A stretch of 64,000 nt of DNA, from positions 26,420-90,419 of the IMG/VR virus record IMGVR_UViG_3300042291_000957. The stretch is one strand, 5' to 3'. This stretch comes from a virus. Positions within the stretch are counted from its first letter, which is position 1, and every line of letters begins with the position of its first letter. Both the position numbers and the translations under genes were made by a program. Shown here in pieces: positions 18,483 to 27,002 of the stretch. A model generated the notes under the pieces. It worked only from the letters and a program-made list of their open reading frames with translations. It was not told where the DNA came from and searched no databases.

Positions 18483-19402
18483 ATATATTGTTTAAAAAAT
18501 TTCCAAGCTTCGCCGGATCGGAGTTCATCAAAATTCCAATGACACATACTAATTTTTTCAACCCAGGCTTGGCGTTCTAGCAAAACTGGATTTTCTATAT
18601 TACTTAGATCAATATTGGCTACTGCAACTGTTTGACTGTGTTCTGGTATAGGATCAGTTAAAAAAATTGGAATTCCTTCAATTACACTAGCTACACTAGG
18701 ACTACTATTGTAAACTACTGTAGCCCAGGCATTATGTAAATCTTCTTTGAGCTCGGTTCTAGTACTAAGTGAAACTGCCTTGTGATTTATCTTGAGATAG
18801 CCCATAATTTTTTTATCTCCAGGATGCGCTCTGACAACTATCGGCCTCTGGCTATATTTTCTTATTTCTAAGATAGTGGAATTCATCCATTGTATAACAT
18901 CTAGCCCTCCCATACTCCATCCGCCATTACGTTGAAGACATAATAGAATATGATTACCAGTTTTACGATATGGTTTTAGTGAAATATTTAAATTTTGACT
19001 AATTTTTTGCCACCTAGTATGATCAACATCTTTATCAAAATAAAATCCTGTGGTAGGAAATACTCCGTCGAAGCTATATCTCAGATAATGCCAAGGATTA
19101 GCTTTATTTGAAAACAAAAAAAGACTGCTGTCTACTATTAGCGATCTTTTATTTTGACTTTTTTGCAGATTTACCACATTTTTTCTTAATTGCAGATGCG
19201 GTGCAGATTTACCCTGATCATGTACAAAACCTTGTATCAGTGCAACGTCACAAGGAACAACATTTGTTCCATAGTGTGCCACAGCGGTATCACCTATAGT
19301 TGTAACACCTTGACAAAAATAATCTAATATTTGGGGTTTTTCTAAATTTTTGTTATTAGGTGGTATACCAGCATAGTAAGCCACTGCTGTGATATTAGAC
19401 AC
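18479..19402 (-). CDS. KpsS/KpsC-like GT-B protein, paralogue 2
   Basis: ILLCLQ, VVRAHPGD, VVYNSSPSVASVIEGIPIF and W..DELRSGEAW motifs. Confidence 0.65.
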   Translation of the reverse strand: MSNITAVAYYAGIPPNNKNLEKPQILDYFCQGVTTIGDTAVAHYGTNVVPCDVALIQGFVHDQGKSAPHLQLRKNVVNLQKSQNKRSLIVDSSLFLFSNKANPWHYLRYSFDGVFPTTGFYFDKDVDHTRWQKISQNLNISLKPYRKTGNHILLCLQRNGGWSMGGLDVIQWMNSTILEIRKYSQRPIVVRAHPGDKKIMGYLKINHKAVSLSTRTELKEDLHNAWATVVYNSSPSVASVIEGIPIFLTDPIPEHSQTVAVANIDLSNIENPVLLERQAWVEKISMCHWNFDELRSGEAWKFFKQYI

Positions 19403-20489
19403 CGTGATATTCCTTCACAATATTCAATGCAGTGCCGTCCATTAGTTCATCGTAAGTAAATTGACAATAGCTGAGCCACGCTAGCCAATCTCCTAGTGGT
19501 CCATAATATAAATCGTTGACCTGTGCAAGATTGTTTCTAGTTACAGAATTACTCACGTGCTTGTTAAGGGTAATAGCAGGTATACCAGCCCAAATAGATT
19601 CTACAGCACTATTGGAATTGATGCTGACTGTGCAATAGTAATCCCCTTGCATTAATGTTTTATATAGACTAGTTCGACTTTTTTTATTGACCTTGGATCT
19701 AATTTCTATAGGTCGGTCTGTGTGTTTTTTTAATTCCAGTATAACAGATTCTGTCCAAGATTTTGCTTCTACGTGCATGATGCTAGCAGCAAATTCTCCC
19801 GGTTCAACAATCAATATCTTCTTACCCTCTTTACGCCAGGGACTAGGAAATTCTGTAAAATTTTTTAACCTATCTGCAGGTGCAATAAATTGATTATTAA
19901 AATGCAAGTGATTTCTTGTGAGCCTATGCCACTTTTTATTGGATTCAATAAAATTTGTATATCCGCTATCTATAAACCAAAACGGGAGATTGTTATCAAT
20001 TTTATCTACAATGATATGTTCATTACCCACAGTGTTTCTTAACAGGCAATCTTCTACACTGTTTATGAAATCTTTCCGTCTAACCATAGTTGCTGTAGGA
20101 TCAATTTGTTGTCCAACAGTTTTGATAAAATATTGTCGATTACTTTTCATATAAGAGTCAATAATATTGTTGACTCCTAATTTTTCTATTACATATTCTG
20201 TTTGTTTATGTATTTGACCAAAATAATTTTTTCTATAGTTTTCTAAAATTGTATTGACTTTACTGCGCCATTCTGTAGTATCTGCAGTTACTCCCCTTAG
20301 CAATTTTTGTTTAAATTTATCACGGAATTTTTCAATGTCAAATTTATGATGATTTCTTTTGTCAATAACAAAATCTATTGCTTCGGCGGTTTTTAATTCA
20401 TTTAACTCAATATGAGAACAATGATCTTTTAGATCTATAAGACTTATAAGATAGTGTGCAATTTCTTTGTCGTTTACTAGTAGTTTCAT
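19395..20489 (-). CDS. KpsS/KpsC-like GT-B protein, paralogue 3, with N-terminal extension
   Basis: FIDSGY, WHR, ILIVEP, SINSNSAVESIWAGIPA and LSYCQFTYDELMDG motifs. Confidence 0.62.
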   Translation of the reverse strand: MKLLVNDKEIAHYLISLIDLKDHCSHIELNELKTAEAIDFVIDKRNHHKFDIEKFRDKFKQKLLRGVTADTTEWRSKVNTILENYRKNYFGQIHKQTEYVIEKLGVNNIIDSYMKSNRQYFIKTVGQQIDPTATMVRRKDFINSVEDCLLRNTVGNEHIIVDKIDNNLPFWFIDSGYTNFIESNKKWHRLTRNHLHFNNQFIAPADRLKNFTEFPSPWRKEGKKILIVEPGEFAASIMHVEAKSWTESVILELKKHTDRPIEIRSKVNKKSRTSLYKTLMQGDYYCTVSINSNSAVESIWAGIPAITLNKHVSNSVTRNNLAQVNDLYYGPLGDWLAWLSYCQFTYDELMDGTALNIVKEYHGV

Positions 20490-21256
20490 TGGTTTAATAT
20501 TTTCCAGGCTGTGCCGTTGGCAATTTCTTCATTAGTGAATTGACCATAAGACAAGGTCTTACACATCTTAGTTATATCTTCTAATAGTGGTCTATACGGA
20601 TTTTTAAGTGTGGACAGATCAGTAGATGCCAATGTGCTGGCTGCGCAAGGCACTGAAATAAATGCAGGAATACCGTATAGTACACTTTCCAAAGATGCTA
20701 TACTATTAAAAGAAACAGTGGCATAGACTCCGCTATCAAAAGCATTATAGATAGAATATCCGTGATTTCTTTCGCTTCTTGCACCCTTGACCCTAACTTC
20801 AACAGGAAGATCTGAATAAGTTTTGATTTTTTCTGTAGTTTCTACAATCCAAGCATCGCAGTCTATATCATAATATCTACAGGCTTTAGGATTAGGTAAT
20901 ACTAACAAAATTTTCTTATTGTGATTTTTCCATCCTTGCCATACTAGTCTAGGATCTTGTTTCTGTAATTTTTCCCATCTATCAGAATCTACATTTTTAG
21001 GAAGTGAATGTTGTAGATTGTTTTTAACTACTCTGTGCCATATTTTTTTCCCGGAAGTATTTCCTGGACTAGGAAAATTCCCCAAATAACCAGTATCTAT
21101 ATAATAGAAATCTCTTTGCGTTTTTTGACATTCAACTATTTCACTTTTGCTAGTTACACCACGAACTACCATAGGCTTAGAAAATTCTTCCATTTTTGTT
21201 GTACAGTAATTAGTTGACCCTTGTACCAAAGCTTCTTCTAAAGATATTTCTTTCAT
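20486..21256 (-). CDS. KpsS/KpsC-like GT-B protein, paralogue 4
   Basis: YIDTGY, WHRVVKN, ILLVLP, SFNSIASLESVLYGIPAF and LSYGQFT.EEI.NGTAW motifs. Confidence 0.62.
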   Translation of the reverse strand: MKEISLEEALVQGSTNYCTTKMEEFSKPMVVRGVTSKSEIVECQKTQRDFYYIDTGYLGNFPSPGNTSGKKIWHRVVKNNLQHSLPKNVDSDRWEKLQKQDPRLVWQGWKNHNKKILLVLPNPKACRYYDIDCDAWIVETTEKIKTYSDLPVEVRVKGARSERNHGYSIYNAFDSGVYATVSFNSIASLESVLYGIPAFISVPCAASTLASTDLSTLKNPYRPLLEDITKMCKTLSYGQFTNEEIANGTAWKILNQ

Positions 21257-22044
21257 TGTGTTAATAGTTCCATTGCTTTGCCGTTTTTTAATTCGTTGTT
21301 GTGAAACTGCCCGTAGGCTAGATGACAGGCCCAGGCATATAATTTATCTTGATCAGGGTAGTAAGGAGTTTGGATCTTACTGATATCTTGAAGACTTACT
21401 GGACTTGCTGCATTTGTGGGAGCAAGAGTAAATGCTGGAATACCATGAAATATACTTTCTATTGCTGCAACACTGTTGAATGTTACTAGAGCAAATACAT
21501 CATTATCAAGCGCCTGCTGTAATGTGTCTGTGACAATTCTATCTATTCTTTTAGGTGCTCGCTCTCTAACTATTACTGGTCTATCAGTGTGTTCTTTGAT
21601 TTTTGCAACAGTTTCATGAACCCATTGATCCTTAGTAACTCCGTAGAATTTGCAAGGTTTTTCGTCTGGCGCTGCAACCAGTATCTTTCTGCCGTCTTTT
21701 TTCCAGGGACGAAAAGTTTTATTAAATTTTTTAAAACGATCGTCTGGTCGCGAAATAATCTCACTGTGTTGTAGATCGTTTTTTACTATGCGATGCCAAA
21801 GTTTCCAACCGTTAGGATTAGATGCAGTTCTCTCATTGCCAAAATATCCCGTGTCCATATAATAAAATGTGCGGCCGTCTTTCCAACAACGTTTCATTAT
21901 TTTGTGTTTAAGAATTCCTCTTAAAATAATTGGATCTTGAGAATCTGTATAAACAAAATCTTCTGTTGACACTGGTACAGTTTTGCATCCCGAGGCAAAC
22001 AAGTTAATGTATTCGTCCTCACCTTCTTTACTTAGAAAAATCAT
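21253..22044 (-). CDS. KpsS/KpsC-like GT-B protein, paralogue 5
   Basis: YMDTGY, WHRIVKN, ILVAAP, TFNSVAAIESIFHGIPAF and LAYGQF..ELKNG motifs. Confidence 0.62.
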   Translation of the reverse strand: MIFLSKEGEDEYINLFASGCKTVPVSTEDFVYTDSQDPIILRGILKHKIMKRCWKDGRTFYYMDTGYFGNERTASNPNGWKLWHRIVKNDLQHSEIISRPDDRFKKFNKTFRPWKKDGRKILVAAPDEKPCKFYGVTKDQWVHETVAKIKEHTDRPVIVRERAPKRIDRIVTDTLQQALDNDVFALVTFNSVAAIESIFHGIPAFTLAPTNAASPVSLQDISKIQTPYYPDQDKLYAWACHLAYGQFHNNELKNGKAMELLTQ

Positions 22045-22718
22045 AGATTGCGTTGTAGACAGTAATCTGTATAAATGCGTTCACGGTGCCATTCATCTCC
22101 CATAGGAGTTGTAGCAAAGTCGTGAAAACTTGGAGTACCTAAGGTGTAGTGTAACAGCTTTGCATCTTGATTTGCGCCGAACTCATCAGGCAACCAGTTC
22201 CATACTTTAGGTAATTCTCCAACCAATTCATCAGCAAGCCAAGTAAATCTATGAAGTTGAGCGCCTGTGGCAGTTTCAATAAATTCAGGTGTTACTACTT
22301 TATTTGCGGAATGACCGCAATTCCAAAGAATAACACTTGACCAATTCTTTCGAGGATAATTTTCGTTTTTAGCACCGAGGTACTTTTCTGTCATTTTAGT
22401 TTTGTAGTCGTGTTTAACTACCATTACTGCTTTGCTGTCGTCTCGAAGAGCCCATAACTTTTCAATATCATCTCTAACTAGCATGTCGCCATCCATAAAG
22501 ATTGCCCAGCCTTTATATTCCATTAGGTGTGGAACTAAGAAGCGACTGTATATAAACTGATTACTACCGTCGGTATGTGTTTCTTGATAATCTTGCATAT
22601 TTGTTAACGCAAGTGGTGTAAACGAAATTGGTTTACTAGAATGTCTAATAATACTGTTGGCACATACATGGTATGCTATTGCTTCTCTATGGTCATAACC
22701 GATAAAAATATTAATCAT
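22041..22718 (-). CDS. GT-A glycosyltransferase (GT8/CDI-like)
   Basis: IFIGYD.RE, F.YSRFLVP, FMDGDM, YPRKNWSS, WNWL and HYTLGTP motifs. Confidence 0.82.
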   Translation of the reverse strand: MINIFIGYDHREAIAYHVCANSIIRHSSKPISFTPLALTNMQDYQETHTDGSNQFIYSRFLVPHLMEYKGWAIFMDGDMLVRDDIEKLWALRDDSKAVMVVKHDYKTKMTEKYLGAKNENYPRKNWSSVILWNCGHSANKVVTPEFIETATGAQLHRFTWLADELVGELPKVWNWLPDEFGANQDAKLLHYTLGTPSFHDFATTPMGDEWHRERIYTDYCLQRNL

Positions 22719-23479
22719 TTTCTTTCTATGTCCTCTTCTACACAGTTTTCACCATATTGAATTTCAATAACTCGCAAGGGTTGATCTGTCTCATTACATA
22801 ACTTATGCCATTGAGTTTTATTGATATGTATGTGTTGATGCTGTGTATATTCACCTAATAAATCCATGTCTGAGCTTTGATCTATTGTATAGACTGTAGC
22901 TATGCCTTCAGCTACAAACCAATGTTCTGCACGGTCTTGGTGACGTTGCATACTGAGACAAGTTTTAGGATTGACTGTTAGTTCTTTGAGTTTAACATGA
23001 TTGCCAACTTCATGTAGTACTCGATAGTACCCCCAGGCTCTACCAGTTTTAGGTGCTTTCCATTCTTGAAGAATCCACGAACTAGAATTCTTTTTATCTT
23101 CACCACCCACACCAAACACAAATTCTAGGTTGTTGTCTTGAATATCCATTTCTGGAATATTCTTATCTGTTCTATCGCCACCGTTGGCAAAGATGATTGT
23201 ATCTTCTGGAAAATCTTTTCTAACTTCTAGTATAGCACCTTTTGATGAGCCGTCGGCATCGTCAAAATCATAAACAATACCGTCTACGCATTTAATATTG
23301 TCTACGATATATGATCGTTCAGAAAAAGGCATAAAGGCTGCACCTTTTTTACGAACAAGCCATTCATCGGAATTGAGCCCTACAAGGAGTATGTCTCCTA
23401 GTTCTTTGGCTGCTTGGAAGTAGGCAATGTGCCCGGAATGTAGAGGATCAAATCCACCTGTGACTAATATTATTTTCAT
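22715..23479 (-). CDS. HxGH nucleotidyltransferase fused to a C-terminal cupin (type II mannose-6-phosphate isomerase-like)
   Basis: TGGFDPLHSGH, GLNSD, FANGGDR and NSSS, followed by R.WGYY, LSMQRH..RAEHW and EIQYG..C.E.DIER. Confidence 0.85.
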   Translation of the reverse strand: MKIILVTGGFDPLHSGHIAYFQAAKELGDILLVGLNSDEWLVRKKGAAFMPFSERSYIVDNIKCVDGIVYDFDDADGSSKGAILEVRKDFPEDTIIFANGGDRTDKNIPEMDIQDNNLEFVFGVGGEDKKNSSSWILQEWKAPKTGRAWGYYRVLHEVGNHVKLKELTVNPKTCLSMQRHQDRAEHWFVAEGIATVYTIDQSSDMDLLGEYTQHQHIHINKTQWHKLCNETDQPLRVIEIQYGENCVEEDIERK

Positions 23480-23512
23480 GCAGATATTTATCTGCGTATA
23501 TAATGAACTAGT

Positions 23513-23968
23513 TCAAAGAGTGGCGTCTTCTAACCCGGCTGTGCGTAGTTTTACAATATTGCTTAATTGCCACTGCTTTATATCTAGAGCCTTGATAATG
23601 CCCAACCATTTATTTCTAAGTAGGGCGAAATCGTTAATAATCTTTTCGAAATCTACAACGTCAGCTTCGCCTTCGACAAACTTTTCACAGTCTCTACTGC
23701 TTAACTGACGTTGATAGGTTTCAAGATACTTGCGAAAGTGTTGACTACGAAGTCTACGAAGTTCAATATTGAGATATTCTAAAATACCTTCAATTTCTTG
23801 AAGTTGGTTAAATCGATTTTCTACAATGCCGGGCATCTGCGCAGAGGCTTTTTCAATGTTACCTGCTACACGGACATCTTGTTTTGCATGAATTAATTCA
23901 GCTTCATAATAGGCCACAGCATCCGGAATATTTGAAATATCTTTAGAAACACGATCGTACCAATTCAT
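23513..23968 (-). CDS. uvsY: Recombination mediator UvsY-like
   Basis: Helical 151-aa protein (KYLE.Y.R.L..RD.EK.VEGE; GIIKALD.KQWQL.NIVKLR.AG) next to UvsX. Confidence 0.75.
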   Translation of the reverse strand: MNWYDRVSKDISNIPDAVAYYEAELIHAKQDVRVAGNIEKASAQMPGIVENRFNQLQEIEGILEYLNIELRRLRSQHFRKYLETYQRQLSSRDCEKFVEGEADVVDFEKIINDFALLRNKWLGIIKALDIKQWQLSNIVKLRTAGLEDATL

Positions 23969-24199
23969 TTATTCCTCATCTTCGTAGCTATCTTCATCCT
24001 CAATTTCTTCACCATCGATGACATAGTTAATTGCATCATCAAGATATGAGTCAACTCCTTTGAGACTGTCAAGCACACTTTCTTTAATACCATAATCCAT
24101 TAGTGTATTAACAAAATCTGCTGCCACATCTTTGCGATGTTTCTCTGGTATGTGTTCTAATACCAATGTCCAAATATCTGCAATTAAATCTTCTTTCAT
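23969..24199 (-). CDS. Hypothetical acidic protein
   Basis: Coupled between uvsX and uvsY; GGAGG RBS. Confidence 0.7.
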   Translation of the reverse strand: MKEDLIADIWTLVLEHIPEKHRKDVAADFVNTLMDYGIKESVLDSLKGVDSYLDDAINYVIDGEEIEDEDSYEDEE

Positions 24200-25275
24200 T
24201 CGGTGACCTCCAAGTCTGGTTCAACTGTAGTAGTTATCTCAGAAGTGGAAATTTCACCGTGTTTAGAAATGTCTGCCATTGCAATGTCTAGGCCGTCTTT
24301 CTCATTCTTTTCCCAAGCCTTGCGGAACTGTTTGATGATCTCACCGTCTTTGGTTGTGTAGACAAGGCTGTTACCTTCTTTCTTGAGCATGCCTTTAGCT
24401 TCGAACAGGTCGACTAATCCACTATATGGACTCATACCTGTTTCATAAGGAATCTCAACCTGTACACTTTCAAACGGCTTTGCATAACGAGTTTTCATAA
24501 TCTTACAGGCTGCACGAATACCCTGTACGGTTGTGGTCTTATTGCCGTCTGCATCAAGTTTCAATTTCAACTTACGCATGGCAACAACGATTGAACTTGC
24601 GTAGATAAAACCTTGACCACCACTAATCTTGTCATCCGGATCAAACATGTCTTGACTTGCGTATGTGTGATTGGTACATACCATACCAATATTGTAGGCG
24701 CCGAACATATTAACACAGTTGCGAACCAGTGCTGTCAGTGCCTTAGGCTTACGGCCCATGTCACCTTTCATGTCGCCTGCTTGAAACTGATTAACGTCTG
24801 TAGGAGTCAACAACATACCTAACGAATCAATAATGAACAAGATCTTAGGACGATCTGCTTCATCCATAGTTTTATATTCTGCAATAAACTCTGTAATAGT
24901 CTTTGCCACGTCATCAATCATAGCCATATTAAGTTTTAACAACTTATCTGGACTTGTGTCAACGCCAAGAGCGTGTAACCATTTTTCGTCAAGTGCGTTT
25001 TCTGTATCGATTAAGATAGGATAAATGCCTGCTTTCTGTGCGTTTGCTACAAGATTGCCTGAACAGATAAATGATTTACCTGCACCACTTTCTCCTGCAA
25101 ACACAGTTACCTTGCCTAACGGAATACCACGATCAAAATATCCGCTGATAAGATAGTTTAATGCGTAGTTGTTTGTACTGACCCAGTCAGTTGGGTCGTT
25201 GAAGCCAATACTTAAACCGTCGATAGATTTAGTAATTGACTTTCTAAATTTAGAAATATCAAATGCTTTTGCCAT
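24196..25275 (-). CDS. uvsX: RecA-family recombinase UvsX
   Basis: GESGAGKS Walker A, IDTENA, IIDSLG, NHTY and SGGQG..YASS motifs; ATG 25275 (MAKAF). Confidence 0.92.
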   Translation of the reverse strand: MAKAFDISKFRKSITKSIDGLSIGFNDPTDWVSTNNYALNYLISGYFDRGIPLGKVTVFAGESGAGKSFICSGNLVANAQKAGIYPILIDTENALDEKWLHALGVDTSPDKLLKLNMAMIDDVAKTITEFIAEYKTMDEADRPKILFIIDSLGMLLTPTDVNQFQAGDMKGDMGRKPKALTALVRNCVNMFGAYNIGMVCTNHTYASQDMFDPDDKISGGQGFIYASSIVVAMRKLKLKLDADGNKTTTVQGIRAACKIMKTRYAKPFESVQVEIPYETGMSPYSGLVDLFEAKGMLKKEGNSLVYTTKDGEIIKQFRKAWEKNEKDGLDIAMADISKHGEISTSEITTTVEPDLEVTE

Positions 25276-25296
25276 ATTATTTTTTTTGCCCTGTTG

Positions 25297-25328
25297 AGAA
25301 ATAGAGTGTGAGTTGCCCCACACTCTAT
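25297..25328 (-). terminator. Stem-loop after gp32 (GCAA tetraloop); weak terminator or stabiliser
   Basis: ATAGAGTGTGGG-GCAA-CTCACACTCTAT followed by a short TTCT. Confidence 0.55.
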
Positions 25329-25339
25329 GTTTAGTCTAA

Positions 25340-26335
25340 TTACTTTTGACGATTGCGAATCATGGCAAGGATGTCTTGCGCACGACTTGCACTTTCACCA
25401 GTAGGTGCTGCTGGTGCTGCCTTCACTGCCGGAGTAGCAGGTTCTTCCCAAGGAGCATCTTCTTCAACTGCTGAAGCGGCTACTGGAGCGGCCACTGCGG
25501 CACGTGGTGCGGCAGATTTATTAGGATCACCTGTTGCTTGACCCATTCCAGCTGGTTTGAAGTACTGACCCCAACGTTCCATATCATATGCTTCACCGTC
25601 AACTGACGCTTCAAACATTTCCTTCATAACCTTAAGCTCAACATCTGTTGGCTTCTTAGGTAGGAAGTCGCTTAGATTGTGTAATCCAAACTGTTCAATT
25701 GCTGCCTTGTCGGCGTCGGAAATAGCACGTTCACGACGGCTCCACTTTGATGTAGAGTAGTCAGCAAATCCGCCTTTGCTGGTCTTAGCAATACGGAAGT
25801 CAACACCACGCATAAAGTCAGTTGGCAATTCTTCCAACTCTGGATCCATCAATGCTGAACGGATAATTTGATAGATTTGAGGACCGATGATAAATCTACG
25901 AATTGGATTTTCTGGTGTCTTATCTTCCTTAATAGGATCTTCAACAACAAAGCCTTGGAAAATGTACGAACGCTTTTTCCAATACTTACGCCCCATTTCT
26001 TCTAGAGCTTTGTCTTTAAACCAGCCACGAACTTCTGTAAGAATTGGACAGGCCGTACCGTCATTGTACATTTCTACACAAGGAACCTGTACCTGCACAG
26101 CTCGTGAATCTGTTTCGCCTTTGATACCTGCAAACGGCAATTTGATCATTGCACGTTCTACCCAAAAGAATGTATTGGCAGAGTTGCCGTCTGGTAGTAA
26201 GCGAATTACTGCTTCCTTACCTTCCTGCATATTCCAATGTGGGTAAATTGCGTTGTCTCCACCGCCGGTGGATTGTCCTGTGGACTTTGATTGTGCTTCT
26301 TGAAGTTTCGCACGAATTTCTGCTAATGTTGCCAT
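25340..26335 (-). CDS. Single-stranded DNA-binding protein, gp32-like
   Basis: AVIRLLP, CPI, YWKKR, G.DF...KT.KGG.ADY..S.W and acidic/Ala-Pro tail; next to uvsX. Confidence 0.85.
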   Translation of the reverse strand: MATLAEIRAKLQEAQSKSTGQSTGGGDNAIYPHWNMQEGKEAVIRLLPDGNSANTFFWVERAMIKLPFAGIKGETDSRAVQVQVPCVEMYNDGTACPILTEVRGWFKDKALEEMGRKYWKKRSYIFQGFVVEDPIKEDKTPENPIRRFIIGPQIYQIIRSALMDPELEELPTDFMRGVDFRIAKTSKGGFADYSTSKWSRRERAISDADKAAIEQFGLHNLSDFLPKKPTDVELKVMKEMFEASVDGEAYDMERWGQYFKPAGMGQATGDPNKSAAPRAAVAAPVAASAVEEDAPWEEPATPAVKAAPAAPTGESASRAQDILAMIRNRQK

Positions 26336-26391
26336 TTTAAATGCCTCCTATGTTATGCCTAAAATGTTTATATGCCTTATGCACATATGTT

Positions 26392-26420
26392 ATTATGCGC
26401 TTTTTATTTAGCAAGGTCAA
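26392..26420 (-). promoter_or_regulatory. Sigma70 promoter TTGACC-N17-CATAAT with an embedded TAAATA late motif
   Basis: Minus strand reads TTGACCttgcTAAATAaaaagcgCATAAT. Confidence 0.7.
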
Positions 26421-26454
26421 TGATTTTTTGTTTATTTTTGATTTTATTTTGCCA

Positions 26455-26486
26455 ATAAAAAAGCCCAGGGCTTAACCGTGAGCTTT
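26455..26486 (-). terminator. Rho-independent terminator
   Basis: AAGCTCACGG-TTAAG-CCCTGGGCTT followed by TTTTATT. Confidence 0.6.
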
Positions 26487-26819
26487 TCTATATTTGGCCA
26501 ATGCCATTTGTCTAGCTAGCCATAATCTAAACTTTACATAGTCTGATAGGTCATCATCTTCAACTAACTTACCAAACTCTGCGCTTCGTCGATTACGGCC
26601 ATAAGTGATCTCATCATCAAGGACAAGATCACTATCTTCTAAATCAAATTTACTTCGCTGGAACAGCGGCTGGCTTTGCGTCTGCTTTAGGTGCGTCTTT
26701 CTTAGCACTGTCACTTTTTGCAGGCTTTTTCTCTTCCTTCTTAACTTCAGCCTTGGCAGGTGCTGTTGCAACCGGGGCTGCTGGCTTGGCTTCTTCTTTC
26801 TTGGCAGGTGCTTGTGCAA
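26472..26819 (-). CDS. Possible small protein; start uncertain, overlaps the upstream gene in another frame
   Basis: The C-terminal ~58 codons look protein-like (DDEITYGRNRR...DDDLSDYVKFRLWLARQMALAKY) but have no ATG/GTG/TTG start after the upstream stop except one near the end. Confidence 0.4.
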   Translation of the reverse strand: MHKHLPRKKKPSQQPRLQQHLPRLKLRRKRKSLQKVTVLRKTHLKQTQSQPLFQRSKFDLEDSDLVLDDEITYGRNRRSAEFGKLVEDDDLSDYVKFRLWLARQMALAKYRKAHG

Positions 26820-26868
26820 ATGCTGATACTGCGAACACGGTAGCGAGGATTGCGATTACTGATTTCAT
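26650..26868 (-). CDS. Small secreted Ala/Lys/Pro-rich protein
   Basis: Sec signal peptide MKSVIAILATVFAVSAFA/Q; AAAGGA RBS; low-complexity mature part. Confidence 0.8.
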   Translation of the reverse strand: MKSVIAILATVFAVSAFAQAPAKKEEAKPAAPVATAPAKAEVKKEEKKPAKSDSAKKDAPKADAKPAAVPAK

Positions 26869-26955
26869 TTTAAAGTTTCCTTTGGTTATGTAGGAATTTC
26901 TACCCCTACATATATATAACGCGGTAGCCTATGAACTCGTTGACAAGCAATTTAG

Positions 26956-26983
26956 CCAAAAAGAAAGGGCACCTAAGTGCCCG
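26956..26983 (-). terminator. Rho-independent terminator
   Basis: GGGCAC-TTAG-GTGCCC followed by TTTCTTTTT. Confidence 0.75.
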
Positions 26984-27002
26984 ATCTAGTTGATATTATA
27001 TC

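Noticed and set aside
3456-23479. Bacterial LPS/capsule locus (host contamination or prophage flank)
   Set aside because: The genes are interleaved and translationally coupled with uvsW, uvsY and other phage genes, carry phage late motifs, and lack export or polymerase genes.
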